Of a DNA stretch of 64,000 nt, positions 45,182 to 55,905 are shown piece after piece (position 1 is the stretch's first letter; each line of letters starts with the position of its first letter). Where the stretch lies: assembly GCA_003513495.1 (NCBI GenBank), contig DOPM01000043.1:907-64906 (forward strand), given 5' to 3'. This DNA comes from Desulfosporosinus sp. (GTDB lineage Bacteria > Bacillota > Desulfitobacteriia > Desulfitobacteriales > Desulfitobacteriaceae). A model generated the notes under the pieces. It was not told the origin of the DNA. It saw only the letters and a list, made by a program, of their open reading frames with translations, and did not search any database. Made by a program: the position numbers and the translations under genes.

Positions 45182-46351
45182 ATGCTGCCATCGAAACGAT
45201 TAGAAGGATTAGGAGCGTCCGTTTTTACGGAAATGGATAATCTGAAAAGGGAATTGGAGAGGGCTGGAAAGAGTTTAATTAATCTTAGTATAGGAAGTCC
45301 AGATCGTGCCCCAGCTCATGAAATCCGCAATGTTCTTAGTAAAGCAGTTCTGGATGATGATCAATATGGTTATACATTAACCCGCGGGACAGACGATTTT
45401 CGTAAAGTTTGTGCGGAATGGTATCAAGAACGTTTTGGTGTTACTTTAAACCCAGAAACTGAAGTTTTGCCACTGATGGGTTCTCAGGATGGTCTGGCAC
45501 ATGTTTTTTTAGCCTATATCGACTCTGGGGATCTAGCCTTGATTCCTGATCCGGGCTATCCAATTTATACGGCGGGTTTGTTGCTGGCTGGTGGAGAGAA
45601 AGTAGCAATTCCTTTGCTGGAAGAGAATGGTTTCCTACCTGATCTAAAGCAAATTGACCCGAATATCGCTCGCAAGGCAAAGCTTATGTTCTTGAATTAT
45701 CCCAATAACCCCACGGCTGCCGTGGCTAACCTCGAGTTTTTTGACGAGGTTGTAGAATTTGCTAAAGAGTATGATCTGCTCATTTGTCATGATGCTGCCT
45801 ATTCCGAATTAGCGTTTGAGGGCTTCAAACCTGTGAGTTTTTTGCAAGCAGGGGGGGCAAAAGAGGTTGGTATTGAATTCCATTCTGTTTCTAAGACGTA
45901 TAATTTAGCAGGAGCGAGATTAGGATTTGTTGTCGGCAATGCCGATGTCATTGGAACTCTCTCTCAACTCAAATCAAATATTGACTATGGTGTCTTCGCT
46001 CCCGTTTTGACTGCTGGCGCTTATGCCCTTCGTAATGCGCAAGGATCTATCGAAGAGAATAAGAGTGCCTATCAGAGACGTCGGGATCTCTTGATAGAGG
46101 GTTGTGCCTCTGCCGGTTGGAAAATGCCGATCCCGCAAGGTTCCATGTTTATCTGGGCACCTGTACCGACTGGACAAAGCTCGGTATCCTTTGCAATGGA
46201 TTTAGCCCGCGAAGTTGGAGTAATTGTAGTGCCAGGGATAGCCTTCGGAGAACATGGCGAAGGATTCGTAAGGATTGCTATGGTTCAAGATGAAGGTGTA
46301 CTGCAGGAAGCAGTACAGCGAATTCAACAGTTTTTAAAACATTGTAGATAG
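45182..46351 (+). CDS. Class I/II PLP-dependent aminotransferase
   Basis: SVSKTYNLAGARLG PLP-lysine motif and NYPNNPT. ATG 45182 (MLPSKRLEGL). The upstream 17 codons in the track ORF translate the repeat. Confidence 0.85.
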   Translation: MLPSKRLEGLGASVFTEMDNLKRELERAGKSLINLSIGSPDRAPAHEIRNVLSKAVLDDDQYGYTLTRGTDDFRKVCAEWYQERFGVTLNPETEVLPLMGSQDGLAHVFLAYIDSGDLALIPDPGYPIYTAGLLLAGGEKVAIPLLEENGFLPDLKQIDPNIARKAKLMFLNYPNNPTAAVANLEFFDEVVEFAKEYDLLICHDAAYSELAFEGFKPVSFLQAGGAKEVGIEFHSVSKTYNLAGARLGFVVGNADVIGTLSQLKSNIDYGVFAPVLTAGAYALRNAQGSIEENKSAYQRRRDLLIEGCASAGWKMPIPQGSMFIWAPVPTGQSSVSFAMDLAREVGVIVVPGIAFGEHGEGFVRIAMVQDEGVLQEAVQRIQQFLKHCR

Positions 46352-46571
46352 GTAATCCCTTACGGTTATTTCTCAGTTTCTTAAGGCAGTTTGGGCACTG
46401 GGCACGATTTTAATTAAATGATGATTATGAAATTATTTTGGCGAAATGACAACTTGTTATATCGCCTTTTTATTTAGTTATAGGGGGGATAGAAATAAGG
46501 AATGTGAAACCGGCCTTCCTATAGAAGGTAAACAATGCTTTTGGGTTGAATAACTCAATTAGTTGTAAACT

Positions 46572-46665
46572 TAAAATACGCAAACCTAATGAAAGTTAGG
46601 GACGCAAAGCCACGGGTCTAAGGGTCGTACTTTGTACAATCACGATAGCCGGGTTGCAGAAGCGC
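46572..46665 (+). promoter_or_regulatory. c-di-GMP-I (GEMM-I) riboswitch aptamer
   Basis: ACGCAAACC-UAAUGAAAGUUAGG-GACGCAAAGCC-ACGGGUCUAA...AGCCGGGUUGC matches the conserved GEMM-I core (GCAAACC, GNRA loop, GGGACGCAAAGCC, CGG.CUAA, AGC.GGGUU.C). Confidence 0.85.
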
Positions 46666-46675
46666 ACACTAAAAT

Positions 46676-46714
46676 GTCTATCTGCTGAAAGTTCGGTAGT
46701 TTAGGCATTTTTTT
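46676..46714 (+). terminator. Riboswitch expression-platform terminator
   Basis: GTCTATCTGCTG (46676-46687) pairs with CGGTAGTTTAGGC (46694-46706), including wobbles and a small internal loop, then A + T7. Confidence 0.6.
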
Positions 46715-46823
46715 GTTCTGGTTATGAATTGGGGGGATATTAAGGCGGTATCACTGTCATCTTTGAATGAAAGGCCGATGTCGAATAATAATATTTGATC
46801 ATTACATGAATGGGGATGAAGGT

Positions 46824-48887
46824 ATGTTTAAGAAACTATTTAATATTTCTAGCCTCAGTAGTAAGACAATGGTGACGATTTTACCCTTAGTACTATTAAC
46901 TTTAGTGGCTATGTCAGTAATCAGCTATAAATATTCAGAAAATCTACTTAAGAATGAGATTCAAAATAAAATGACTGCTCAATTAAAAGGTACGATCAAA
47001 GATATCGAGAAGCAATTAACGGCCCATGATACGCTGCTTCAAGGTCTAGCGCGTACTGTAGAGTCTATTGGTAACGGTGTAAGTACTGAAGAGTATGCAA
47101 GTTTGCTCCAGAAAATGATAACAGCTAATAGCGTTACCTTTGGAGCAGGGGTGTGGTATGAACCTTATGCTTATAACAGTGATACTCAGTACTTTGGACC
47201 TTATGTATATAAAGATAAAGACGGTAAAGTAGTGTTTACCAATGAATATGCTGACCCTAAATATGATTATCCCGCTCAGAAATGGTATACCATAAGTAAA
47301 GGTATTACTGAGAAATCCATTTGGACTGATCCCTATTATGATGAAGGTACTAAGGCTACCATATTAACGGACAATGTCCCGTTTTATGATAATAGTGGAA
47401 ATTTCAAGGGTACAATAACCGGTGGGATTGATTTCACTACGTTACAAACGTTAATTAGTAATATTCAATTAGATATCGAAGCAGATATTTACCTCTTGAA
47501 TAAAGAAGGTAAGTATCTGGCGAATCCAAATCCAAAAAAGATCATGAATATCAAAATTACGGAAGAAGAGAACCTCAGCTTGAAAGAAGCTGCAGAAAAG
47601 ATGATGGCTGAGAAAAGCGGCACGGTTCCTTACAATAACAATGGGGCCAGGCAAGTTTACTATGCAGAAGTTCCGCAGTTTGGTTGGATTTTAGCAATTG
47701 ATGTTTCGGAAAATGACTTGATGGCTCCGTTAAAGGATCTATTGAATCGAATGCTAATTCTAATTGTACTGGCAATGGCGGTAACCTGCACAGTGCTCAT
47801 CTTATATAGTCGCTATATAGTTAAAAATATCAAAATGGTCAATCGGTTTGCATCAGCTATTGTTCAAGGGGATCTTAGCCAAACCATGGTCGTTCGTTCG
47901 AAAGATGAGTTCGGACAGATGACTGAAAATCTTAATAGGATGATGAACAACTATAAAGGAATTATTAATGGTATTGTAAATAGTTCCGAACAATTAGCAG
48001 CCTCTGCAGAAGAATTAACTGCTAGTGCCGATGAAGGGAGTAGGACAACGGAGCAAATTGTTTACTCCATTCAAGAAGTTTCTGACGGGGTTAAGGAAAA
48101 GCTAACGGGTGTCGACGCCACGGCGCAGTCTGCCCAATTAGTCTCTGTGCATATGCATACTATCACCCAGGATATCAATTTAGTAACGGCAGGGTCCCAC
48201 GCTACATCAGTGAAGGCTGCTAATGGGAATAGTGTTGTTAAAAAAGCTGTAGACGAGATGCAAGCGATTAGTACTAAGGTCATAGAGGCAGCAGATGTGG
48301 TGAATAGTTTAGGGGAAAAATCAGCGGAAATTGGTGAGATAGTAGGAATAATAACCAGTATTGCGGCTCAAACAAATCTCCTCGCTCTAAATGCTGCTAT
48401 TGAGGCCGCACGGGCAGGCGACCAGGGAAGGGGGTTTGCAGTTGTCGCTGATGAAGTCCGTAAACTTGCTGAACAGTCGAGTGATGCCGCCGGCAAAATA
48501 AGTGGTTTGGTGGGCGAGATTCAAAAAGAAACCTCAAAGGCAGTTAAGACTATGAATGATGGAACTGCCGCGGTTCAAGACGGGATTACTATGGTTAATT
48601 CGGCGGGTGAAGCGTTTCAAGATATCTTGCAGGGAGTTAACGACTTTTCAAAACAGGCACAAGCTGTTGCTGACGTGATAGAGAAGGTTGGGACAAGTAC
48701 TGAGACAATTGTTGCTTCAATCATGGAAGTAGCCAGCATTCCTAAGGAAATTGCCGGTAGTCTTGAAAATGTAGTTGCAGGGACAGAAGAACAGAGTGCT
48801 TCTATGGAAGAAATTCGTAGATCGGCTACCTCACTTGCCCAAATGGCAACAGACTTCCAGGGCAGTGTGACCATGTTTAAACTTTAA
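46824..48887 (+). CDS. Methyl-accepting chemotaxis protein with double-Cache-like sensor and HAMP
   Basis: Highly conserved signalling hairpin [39 protein letters not shown]. Periplasmic region of about 280 aa between two TMs. ATG 46824 (MFKKLFN). Confidence 0.9.
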   Translation: MFKKLFNISSLSSKTMVTILPLVLLTLVAMSVISYKYSENLLKNEIQNKMTAQLKGTIKDIEKQLTAHDTLLQGLARTVESIGNGVSTEEYASLLQKMITANSVTFGAGVWYEPYAYNSDTQYFGPYVYKDKDGKVVFTNEYADPKYDYPAQKWYTISKGITEKSIWTDPYYDEGTKATILTDNVPFYDNSGNFKGTITGGIDFTTLQTLISNIQLDIEADIYLLNKEGKYLANPNPKKIMNIKITEEENLSLKEAAEKMMAEKSGTVPYNNNGARQVYYAEVPQFGWILAIDVSENDLMAPLKDLLNRMLILIVLAMAVTCTVLILYSRYIVKNIKMVNRFASAIVQGDLSQTMVVRSKDEFGQMTENLNRMMNNYKGIINGIVNSSEQLAASAEELTASADEGSRTTEQIVYSIQEVSDGVKEKLTGVDATAQSAQLVSVHMHTITQDINLVTAGSHATSVKAANGNSVVKKAVDEMQAISTKVIEAADVVNSLGEKSAEIGEIVGIITSIAAQTNLLALNAAIEAARAGDQGRGFAVVADEVRKLAEQSSDAAGKISGLVGEIQKETSKAVKTMNDGTAAVQDGITMVNSAGEAFQDILQGVNDFSKQAQAVADVIEKVGTSTETIVASIMEVASIPKEIAGSLENVVAGTEEQSASMEEIRRSATSLAQMATDFQGSVTMFKL

Positions 48888-48911
48888 TTTGGGAAATGTT
48901 ACCTAATCATT

Positions 48912-48950
48912 AAGCTGTGCAGGGTCTTAAACCTTACACAGCTTTCTTAA
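48912..48950 (+). terminator. Probable intrinsic terminator
   Basis: AAGCTGTG (48912-48919) / CACAGCTT (48937-48944), then TCTT. Confidence 0.5.
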
Positions 48951-49074
48951 ATGTTAAGAAGAACCTATAAATTCCCTTATACTTACAATGCGGAATTTCC
49001 TTCATTTGGTGAAGAATGATATAATTATTTAAAAGGCTTAACATATTCATTAGTTTTAGGGAGGTAATTGATCG

Positions 49075-51234
49075 TTGGATTTCAATGAAGTTATTGCCAA
49101 GGAACTTGGATTGAACATAAACCAAGTTAAAGAGGCAGTTAATTTACTGGATGGGGGAAATACGATCCCGTTTATTGCACGCTATCGTAAAGAAGTAACT
49201 GGGGAACTGGATGAGAATGTTTTGCGTGATATTGTGGATCGTTTAGATTATTTGCGACGCCTGGAACAGAGGAAAGCAGAGGTTCTGCGCCTGATTGACG
49301 AGCAAGGAAAGCTTACAGAAGATCTGTCGGCTCAAATTACCGCGGCAACTGTTCTCCAAGACGTCGAAGATCTCTACCGACCTTACAAACAGAAACGGCG
49401 CACACGAGCAACGATAGCGAAAGAGAAAGGTCTGGAACCTTTGGCGGATTGGTTATTAGTTCAATATACTAGAGGTGATCCTCAAGCGGAGGCAGAAAAG
49501 TACTTAAATGCAGAGTTGGAGGTTAATTCCGTGGAGGAAGCTTTAGCAGGCGCCATGGATATTATTGCAGAAACCATCGCAGATGATGCTGCCCTCCGTA
49601 AACGGATCAGAGAGCAAACCTTAAGAAGCGCAGATGTCGTAGCGGTTGCTGCAGCTAAGAAGGCAACAGAACGGTCTCCGTTTGAAATGTACTATGATTA
49701 TCGAGAGCCGGTTCGAAAGATCCCGCCGCACCGGATTTTGGCTCTGAATCGTGGGGAAAAGGAAGAGTTCCTCTCCGTAAAGATTGATGTTCCACTGGAA
49801 AATTTGCAGAGAATTATTGAATTGCGCTATGTCAAAACAGGTCCATGTTCTCTTCTAGTGCAAAAAGCGGCCCTTGATGCATATAAGCGCTTGATCGAAC
49901 CTTCGATTGAACGTGAAGTGCGAGGGGAACTTTCTGCTCAAGCAGAAGAGCAAGCTATCAAAGTCTTTGCGGCAAATTTACGCCAGCTTTTATTACAGCC
50001 TCCTGTGCGTGGGAAAATGGTTCTTGGACTTGACCCGGGGTTTCGGACGGGATGTAAGTGGGCCATTGTAGACGAGACCGGCAAGCTTCATCAAGTGGGG
50101 GTAATCTATCCACATACGGGAAAGAGTAAACGTGAAGAGGCTAAAGCAATTTTGCGGAAGGCGATAAAAGAGTTTAACGCTAATATCATTGCGATTGGAA
50201 ATGGGACGGCTTCTAGGGAGACAGAAGAGGTTGTAGCAGAAATGATTCAAGAAGATGGAATCTCGGTGGAATTCACTCTGGTGAGTGAAGCAGGGGCCTC
50301 TGTATATTCAGCTTCGAAGTTAGCGGGAGAGGAATTCCCTGATTTTGATCTTTCCTTACGAAGTGCTGTTTCCATTGCTAGAAGGCTTCAAGATCCTTTG
50401 GCAGAATTGGTCAAAATTGAACCAAAAGCTGTTGGTGTAGGTCAATATCAGCATGATGTCCAGCCAAAACGGTTGGAGGAATCCCTGCACGGGGTTGTGG
50501 AATCTTGTGTTAATGTGGTAGGGGTTGATCTGAATACTGCCTCATCCTCACTTCTCCAATACGTGGCAGGGTTGAAGCCGGCAGTTGCTAAGAATATCGT
50601 TGCTTGGCGGGATGAACATGGAAAGTTCACCCGTCGGGATCAGCTTAAAAAAATACCCAGGCTTGGTGCACAAACCTATATACAGTGTGCTGGATTTATT
50701 CGTTTACCAGATGGGGATAGCCCCTTGGAGAATACGCCTGTTCACCCGGAATCATATAAGCTTGCCGAAGATATCTTAAAGAGTATTGGGCATACTTCCG
50801 GACATTTAAGAGATCGCCTTACTGAAGTGCGTAATAAATTGTCTCTTCTAGATCCTAAGGAGCTGGCGGACAAGTTTGGTGCAGGAGTTCCGACGGTTCG
50901 AGATATTTTAGATGCCCTGCAAAGACCTGGTAGAGATCCCCGTGAAGATTTGCCTAGGCCGTTACTTCGAAGGGATGTCACTCATATGGAGGATCTCAGC
51001 GAAGGGATGATCTTAGAAGGAACGGTGCGTAATGTCGTAGATTTCGGAGCCTTTGTAGATATTGGTGTTAAACATGATGGCCTAGTGCATATTTCCCAGT
51101 TGTGTGATAAGTTTATTAAACACCCCATGGAAGTGGTTGCTGTAGGTGATATTGTAAGAGTTCGTGTGATCGGTCTTGATAAGACGAGAGAACGAGTAAG
51201 CCTATCTATGCTGGATCTCCAGACGAGTGCTTAG
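49075..51234 (+). CDS. tex: Tex-like transcription accessory protein (S1 domain RNA-binding)
   Basis: N-terminal IPFIARYRKE motif, YqgF/RuvC-like and HhH regions, C-terminal S1 domain. TTG start after GGGAGG. Confidence 0.95.
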   Translation: MDFNEVIAKELGLNINQVKEAVNLLDGGNTIPFIARYRKEVTGELDENVLRDIVDRLDYLRRLEQRKAEVLRLIDEQGKLTEDLSAQITAATVLQDVEDLYRPYKQKRRTRATIAKEKGLEPLADWLLVQYTRGDPQAEAEKYLNAELEVNSVEEALAGAMDIIAETIADDAALRKRIREQTLRSADVVAVAAAKKATERSPFEMYYDYREPVRKIPPHRILALNRGEKEEFLSVKIDVPLENLQRIIELRYVKTGPCSLLVQKAALDAYKRLIEPSIEREVRGELSAQAEEQAIKVFAANLRQLLLQPPVRGKMVLGLDPGFRTGCKWAIVDETGKLHQVGVIYPHTGKSKREEAKAILRKAIKEFNANIIAIGNGTASRETEEVVAEMIQEDGISVEFTLVSEAGASVYSASKLAGEEFPDFDLSLRSAVSIARRLQDPLAELVKIEPKAVGVGQYQHDVQPKRLEESLHGVVESCVNVVGVDLNTASSSLLQYVAGLKPAVAKNIVAWRDEHGKFTRRDQLKKIPRLGAQTYIQCAGFIRLPDGDSPLENTPVHPESYKLAEDILKSIGHTSGHLRDRLTEVRNKLSLLDPKELADKFGAGVPTVRDILDALQRPGRDPREDLPRPLLRRDVTHMEDLSEGMILEGTVRNVVDFGAFVDIGVKHDGLVHISQLCDKFIKHPMEVVAVGDIVRVRVIGLDKTRERVSLSMLDLQTSA

Positions 51235-51269
51235 ACGGAATAAACCAATATTTTCCAAAAACTATTCGT

Positions 51270-51302
51270 AGAGACATTAAGGATCTTGATGTCTCTTTTT
51301 TG
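51270..51302 (+). terminator. Intrinsic terminator
   Basis: AGAGACAT (51270-51277) / ATGTCTCT (51289-51296), followed by T5. Confidence 0.8.
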
Positions 51303-51861
51303 TTTCTATCAGTAAACACCTTCCATGTTAATGGTAAGTTCGAGAGCGTAGCACATAAAGCAGTAGTCAGTAGTGTATATTATTCCAATTTTAGGAATGA
51401 ATTTGGATTAGCCTTACAAGTTGTTTTAAATAATGAAATGTTTCAGGCGAGGTAGGAATATATATAGGTCGCTTTTTACAAACGATGGAAAATATGGGCT
51501 ATTTGTTTGTCGATTTTGGTTTTAATTAAGAATAATGAAACAATATAAATGTAAGTTTTATAAAGACCATGTTTTTTATATTAAGTTTAGAACTAAATCC
51601 TATTTATAAGAATGTTTTACTTAATTCATTGTGTTTTTCATTGTGAAAATAAACTCTATTATTGAAAAAGTTTAGACTTTAGTATAAAATATGACTACAC
51701 AAACTTATAAGACTTTTTTGACAATTGTGGTATGATAGGTTAACCATTCTACTGTTCTAATGAGTGGTTCCTATTATGATGAAGGGAGGTTGAATCAAGA
51801 TTTAATTGTGTAAAAAAGGATTTATACTTTATTTTTAAGAAAATTATGAGGAGGTTTCGAG

Positions 51862-53646
51862 ATGAATACTGGATTATTAGCTATTCTTTCCCTACTCCCC
51901 ATCGCTGTTGTAGGAATCTTTCTAGTGGGGTTAAAATGGCCTGCAAGTAAAGCTATGCCGCTCTCATTTATTACAGCAGTCATACTCGCACTTTTTGTTT
52001 GGAAAATTCCCGGTGCCCAGGTAGCAGCTGCATCTGTTAATGGTGTTATTGTAGCGGGTACACTCATGTACATTATTTTCGGCGCTATCCTTCTATTAAA
52101 TACATTACAAGAAAGCGGAGCGATTCAGGCCATTAGGAGAGGCTTTACAGGAATCACCGCTGACCGAAGAATTCAAGTTATTATTGTCGCTTGGCTCTTT
52201 GGTTCCTTTATTGAAGGTGCCTCAGGATTTGGTACTCCTGCTGCCGTTGCGGTTCCGTTGATGGTTGGGCTGGGTTTCCCAGCTATGGCTGCCGTCGTCG
52301 CTGGAATGATGATTCAAAGTACTCCCGTTTCCTTCGGAGCTGTAGGAACTCCAATGCTGGTTGGAGTCAGTACAGGACTTAAAACTCCTGAACTAGAAGC
52401 TTATGCCGCATCCTTAGGGTATACTGATTGGACAGCATTCGTCGGATTTGCGGTTGCAACCAAAGTTGCCTTCCTGCATTTTGCGGCAGGTGCCCTTATT
52501 CCCCTCTTCGTTGTTGCTTTTATGACACGCTATTTTGGTAAAAACAAATCCTTTAGCGAAGGTCTCAAAATTTGGAAATTTGCACTTTTTTCCGCGTTTT
52601 CCATGACTATTCCCTACCTACTAGTGGCCAACTTACTCGGACCTGAATTCCCTTCCATAATTGGTGGTCTAACAGGTCTGGCAATTGTTGTAACTGCTGC
52701 TAAGAATGGCTTCCTCATGCCAAAAGGAGAAGCTTGGGATTTTGAAGCAAAAGACAAATGGGATCCCTCTTGGACTGGTTCGATTGAGATTAAGGATATT
52801 TCTGCTAAGACTGCCATGAGCGGCCTAACTGCTTGGATGCCGTATGTCCTCGTTGGTTTATTCCTTGTCCTTTCTAGACTCTCATTTTTACCCTTTGCGG
52901 GTTGGCTCAAGGCTTGGACGGTTAAGTGGCCAGCAATTTTTGGAACAGGAATCACGGCCTCCTTCCAACCTCTCTATTTACCCGGTACCATCTTTATCTT
53001 AGTCTCCCTTATTACGTTCTTCCTGCATAAGATGAATGGAACTGCTTATGCCAGAGCATGGAAAGGCTCAGCAAAAACCATGCTTGGAGCAGGTTCCGCG
53101 CTTATTTTCACCGTCCCCATGGTTCAAGTGTTCATGAATTCGAAAGGTGGCGCGGCTGGCCTAGCTAGTATGCCGATTGTCCTCGCTGAAGCCGTTGCAG
53201 GATTAGCTGGGTCTGCATGGCCCATCTTCGCTCCTTTGATCGGTGGACTTGGAGCTTTCGTAGCTGGAAGTAACACTGTTTCTAACATGATGTTCTCCTT
53301 GTTCCAGTTCGGTGTAGGTGAACGTATCGGAGTTGATCCAACCTGGATTGTAGCCCTTCAAGCCGTTGGGGGTGCAGCAGGAAATGTCATCTGTGTACAC
53401 AATGTTGTCGCTGCTTCGGCCGTCGTAGGTCTGCTTGGAAAAGAAGGTTATGTTATTCGTAAGACTGCGGTCGTATTCGCATATTACGCTTTACTTCCAG
53501 GAGCTGTGGGTTATGCCATTCTCTATAGCGCTCAAAACGGATTGATCAATGCCGGAACGATTATTGCTGCATCGATTTGGGCTGCTGTAGTCTATATTAT
53601 CGCAACTAATAATAGTAGACTTAAGAATCTCCCTGGTGCAAAATAA
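51862..53646 (+). CDS. lctP: L-lactate permease (LctP family)
   Basis: 594-aa polytopic protein with LctP-typical regions ([31 protein letters not shown]). GAGGAGG RBS. Confidence 0.9.
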   Translation: MNTGLLAILSLLPIAVVGIFLVGLKWPASKAMPLSFITAVILALFVWKIPGAQVAAASVNGVIVAGTLMYIIFGAILLLNTLQESGAIQAIRRGFTGITADRRIQVIIVAWLFGSFIEGASGFGTPAAVAVPLMVGLGFPAMAAVVAGMMIQSTPVSFGAVGTPMLVGVSTGLKTPELEAYAASLGYTDWTAFVGFAVATKVAFLHFAAGALIPLFVVAFMTRYFGKNKSFSEGLKIWKFALFSAFSMTIPYLLVANLLGPEFPSIIGGLTGLAIVVTAAKNGFLMPKGEAWDFEAKDKWDPSWTGSIEIKDISAKTAMSGLTAWMPYVLVGLFLVLSRLSFLPFAGWLKAWTVKWPAIFGTGITASFQPLYLPGTIFILVSLITFFLHKMNGTAYARAWKGSAKTMLGAGSALIFTVPMVQVFMNSKGGAAGLASMPIVLAEAVAGLAGSAWPIFAPLIGGLGAFVAGSNTVSNMMFSLFQFGVGERIGVDPTWIVALQAVGGAAGNVICVHNVVAASAVVGLLGKEGYVIRKTAVVFAYYALLPGAVGYAILYSAQNGLINAGTIIAASIWAAVVYIIATNNSRLKNLPGAK

Positions 53647-53676
53647 ATCTATAAAAAAATAATACAATAGTCCGAG

Positions 53677-53711
53677 GACCCCTCAATTACTGATAATTGA
53701 GGGGTCTTTTT
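53677..53711 (+). terminator. Intrinsic terminator
   Basis: Perfect 13-bp stem GACCCCTCAATTA / TAATTGAGGGGTC, 4-nt loop, T5. Confidence 0.9.
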
Positions 53712-53763
53712 GTTACTCCATGGCCTGCGCCTGTAAGTTTTTACGACAAGCTAACTCGTGCCG

Positions 53764-53884
53764 TGCAAAGACAATGTCTGTAAGAAGGGTTATTACGTGC
53801 GAAGACAGTGTCTGCAAGAAGGGTTACTACGTGCGAAGACAGTGTCTGCAAGAAGGGTTACTACGTGCGAAGACAGTGTCTTCG
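53764..53884. repeat. 34-nt direct tandem repeat, 3.5 copies, each carrying an AGACA-N-TGTCT palindrome
   Basis: Units at 53764-53797, 53798-53831, 53832-53865 and a partial unit 53866-53884. Units 2 and 3 are identical (TGCGAAGACAGTGTCTGCAAGAAGGGTTACTACG). Unit 1 has 4 substitutions. Confidence 0.95.
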
Positions 53885-53904
53885 TGTGTGTGTGTGTGTG
53901 TGTG
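53885..53904. repeat. (TG)10 dinucleotide microsatellite
   Basis: Uninterrupted TGTGTGTGTGTGTGTGTGTG immediately after the tandem array. Confidence 0.95.
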
Positions 53905-54135
53905 CCGGACAAGTTTTTTACATGCTTAGAAATTATGAAAAGAATTAATCAAATGATATACTTTGGCTAGGAAACAGGTTGAAAAGCCTTGGCACCTTTA
54001 ATTCCTTGCTGTGATAATGTTAAGAGTCTGTTATAATAATCAGATGAGTACATTGGTCTGATTATAAGATTATTAGAGATGCTTACTCTTGATTATTAAC
54101 AGGGATCAAGGGTATGGCAGAAGTGAGGTAAAAAG

Positions 54136-55314
54136 GTGAATAAAGAAATCAAGAAGCTCTTTATAAAGAACGGTCAAATTAAAACAATGGCCGGACGTGA
54201 ATTTTTAGGAAATATCCTCATTGAGGGAACAAAAATAGTAGCTCTCATAGAAACTACGGATGTAGAAGTACCAGCAGATGCTGAGATGATCGATGCTCAA
54301 GGATGCCTAGTACTACCGGGATTTATTGATGCCCATTGTCACGTAGGAATTGGAGAAGAGATCTATCGGTGGGAAGGTGAAGACTTTAACGAAATGACAG
54401 ATCCTGTTACGCCGGACATGCGGGCGATTGATGGAATTAACCCGGAAGACGAGGGGTTTCGTGACGCGCGTTTAGGTGGAGTGACAGCTGTGTTCACGGT
54501 TCCAGGGAGCGCAAATGTGATTGGGGGAACCGGCGTTGTAATGAAGACGGCAGGAAAGATTGTAGATAAAATGATTGTTCGTGACCCGGCCGGTTTGAAA
54601 ATTGCTTTCGGGGAAAATCCTAAGATGGTTTACGGCGAACAAAAGAAAATGCCTATGACTCGGATGGGAACTGCAGCACTTCTTCGTCAAACCTTAGTTG
54701 ATGCTCAGACGTATAAGGATAAATTAGAGCAGGGGAAAACAGATCCTGATAAACTCCCAGAGCGAGATTTAGGGTTAGAAGTCCTAGTAAGAGTTATCAA
54801 TCGTGAAATTCCTTTGAGAGCTCATGCTCATCGTGCGGACGATATTATGACTGCAATTCGTATTGCCCGAGAATTTAATGTGGATTTAGTGATCGAACAC
54901 TGTACGGAAGGACATAAGATTGCGGAAGAGCTTGGAGAACTGGGTTACCCAGCTGTAGTCGGGCCGTTATTGACCAATCGTGCAAAGGTTGAGCTTAAGG
55001 ATAAGTCCTTTAAAACTCCCGGCGTTTTAGCCCAAGCCGGCGTAAAAGTGGCGATTATGACTGACCATTCTGTTACACCAATAGAGCAACTCCCTCTCTG
55101 TGCGGCTTTAGCTTGCAAAGCAGGGATGGACAGAGAAGATGCTCTACGGGCCATTACCATCAATTCGGCAGAAATTTTAGGTGTGTCCCATCGCATAGGG
55201 TCTCTTGAAGTTGGAAAAGATGCAGATATTGTTATTTGGTCGGAACATCCGTTTACAATCACTGCCATACCCCTCTATGTTATTATTAATGGAAAAGTTG
55301 TAAAGCCAGAATAG
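54136..55314 (+). CDS. Metal-dependent amidohydrolase (imidazolonepropionase/chlorohydrolase-like superfamily)
   Basis: FIDAHCHVG metal-binding HxH motif and a C-terminal GKDADIVIW motif. GTG start after GTGAGGT. Confidence 0.8.
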   Translation: MNKEIKKLFIKNGQIKTMAGREFLGNILIEGTKIVALIETTDVEVPADAEMIDAQGCLVLPGFIDAHCHVGIGEEIYRWEGEDFNEMTDPVTPDMRAIDGINPEDEGFRDARLGGVTAVFTVPGSANVIGGTGVVMKTAGKIVDKMIVRDPAGLKIAFGENPKMVYGEQKKMPMTRMGTAALLRQTLVDAQTYKDKLEQGKTDPDKLPERDLGLEVLVRVINREIPLRAHAHRADDIMTAIRIAREFNVDLVIEHCTEGHKIAEELGELGYPAVVGPLLTNRAKVELKDKSFKTPGVLAQAGVKVAIMTDHSVTPIEQLPLCAALACKAGMDREDALRAITINSAEILGVSHRIGSLEVGKDADIVIWSEHPFTITAIPLYVIINGKVVKPE

Positions 55315-55367
55315 AAGAGTGTCTTTAGATACAATAATTAGTATTGTTGTATCGGGAGGAATAGTAA

Positions 55368-55838
55368 ATGAACTATAGAGTTACAAGTTTAACGGTTCAA
55401 CAAACCCGAGAACTGGGAAAACAGCTAAGCGAGCATTTAATCGGTGGAGATGTCGTTGCACTGATAGGGGATTTAGGTGCCGGAAAAACAGCCTTTGCTC
55501 AAGGGATAGGTGAGGGGCTAGGGGTCGTTGGCTCTATGACCAGCCCAACCTTCACTTTAATACATGAGTATAAGGGCTTTATTCAAAATACTAAGCTCCG
55601 ATTAATTCACATGGATCTTTATCGATTACGACACCCGGAAGAAGCGGAGATTATTGGGATTGAAGATGCCTTTGTAGATGATGCGGTTTGTTTAATTGAA
55701 TGGCCAGAAATTGCAGAGGATTATTTGCCAGACGATCGGTTAACTGTTGAGATTAAAGGAAGTGGGGACATGCCTCGTGAGATTATCTTTAAGGCTAAGG
55801 ATCCAAATTGGGAGCAACGTCTAAAGTTTCTATCCTAA
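55368..55838 (+). CDS. tsaE: tRNA t6A37 biosynthesis ATPase TsaE
   Basis: P-loop GDLGAGKTAFAQG, SPTFTL motif. Gene order tsaE-tsaB-rimI-tsaD. Confidence 0.9.
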   Translation: MNYRVTSLTVQQTRELGKQLSEHLIGGDVVALIGDLGAGKTAFAQGIGEGLGVVGSMTSPTFTLIHEYKGFIQNTKLRLIHMDLYRLRHPEEAEIIGIEDAFVDDAVCLIEWPEIAEDYLPDDRLTVEIKGSGDMPREIIFKAKDPNWEQRLKFLS

Positions 55839-55840
55839 GC

Positions 55841-55868
55841 GTGTCAAAAAGGACCGTCCCCGTGACAC
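55841..55868. repeat. Palindromic repeat, copy D (GTGTCAAAAAGGACCGTCCCCGTGACAC)
   Basis: Starts 2 nt after the tsaE stop. Flanks extend the palindrome (AGC...GCT). Same family as copies A-C. Confidence 0.9.
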
Positions 55869-55905
55869 GCTTAAAACGTAAAAATTATAAGACTCGGAGG
55901 ATCCA

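Noticed and set aside
53720-53970. Two overlapping plus-strand ORFs (69 and 70 aa) and the idea of a small CRISPR array at the 34-nt repeats.
   Set aside because: The ORFs only translate the tandem repeat in two frames and lack RBSs. The repeats are contiguous with no unique spacers and no cas genes are nearby, so this is not CRISPR.
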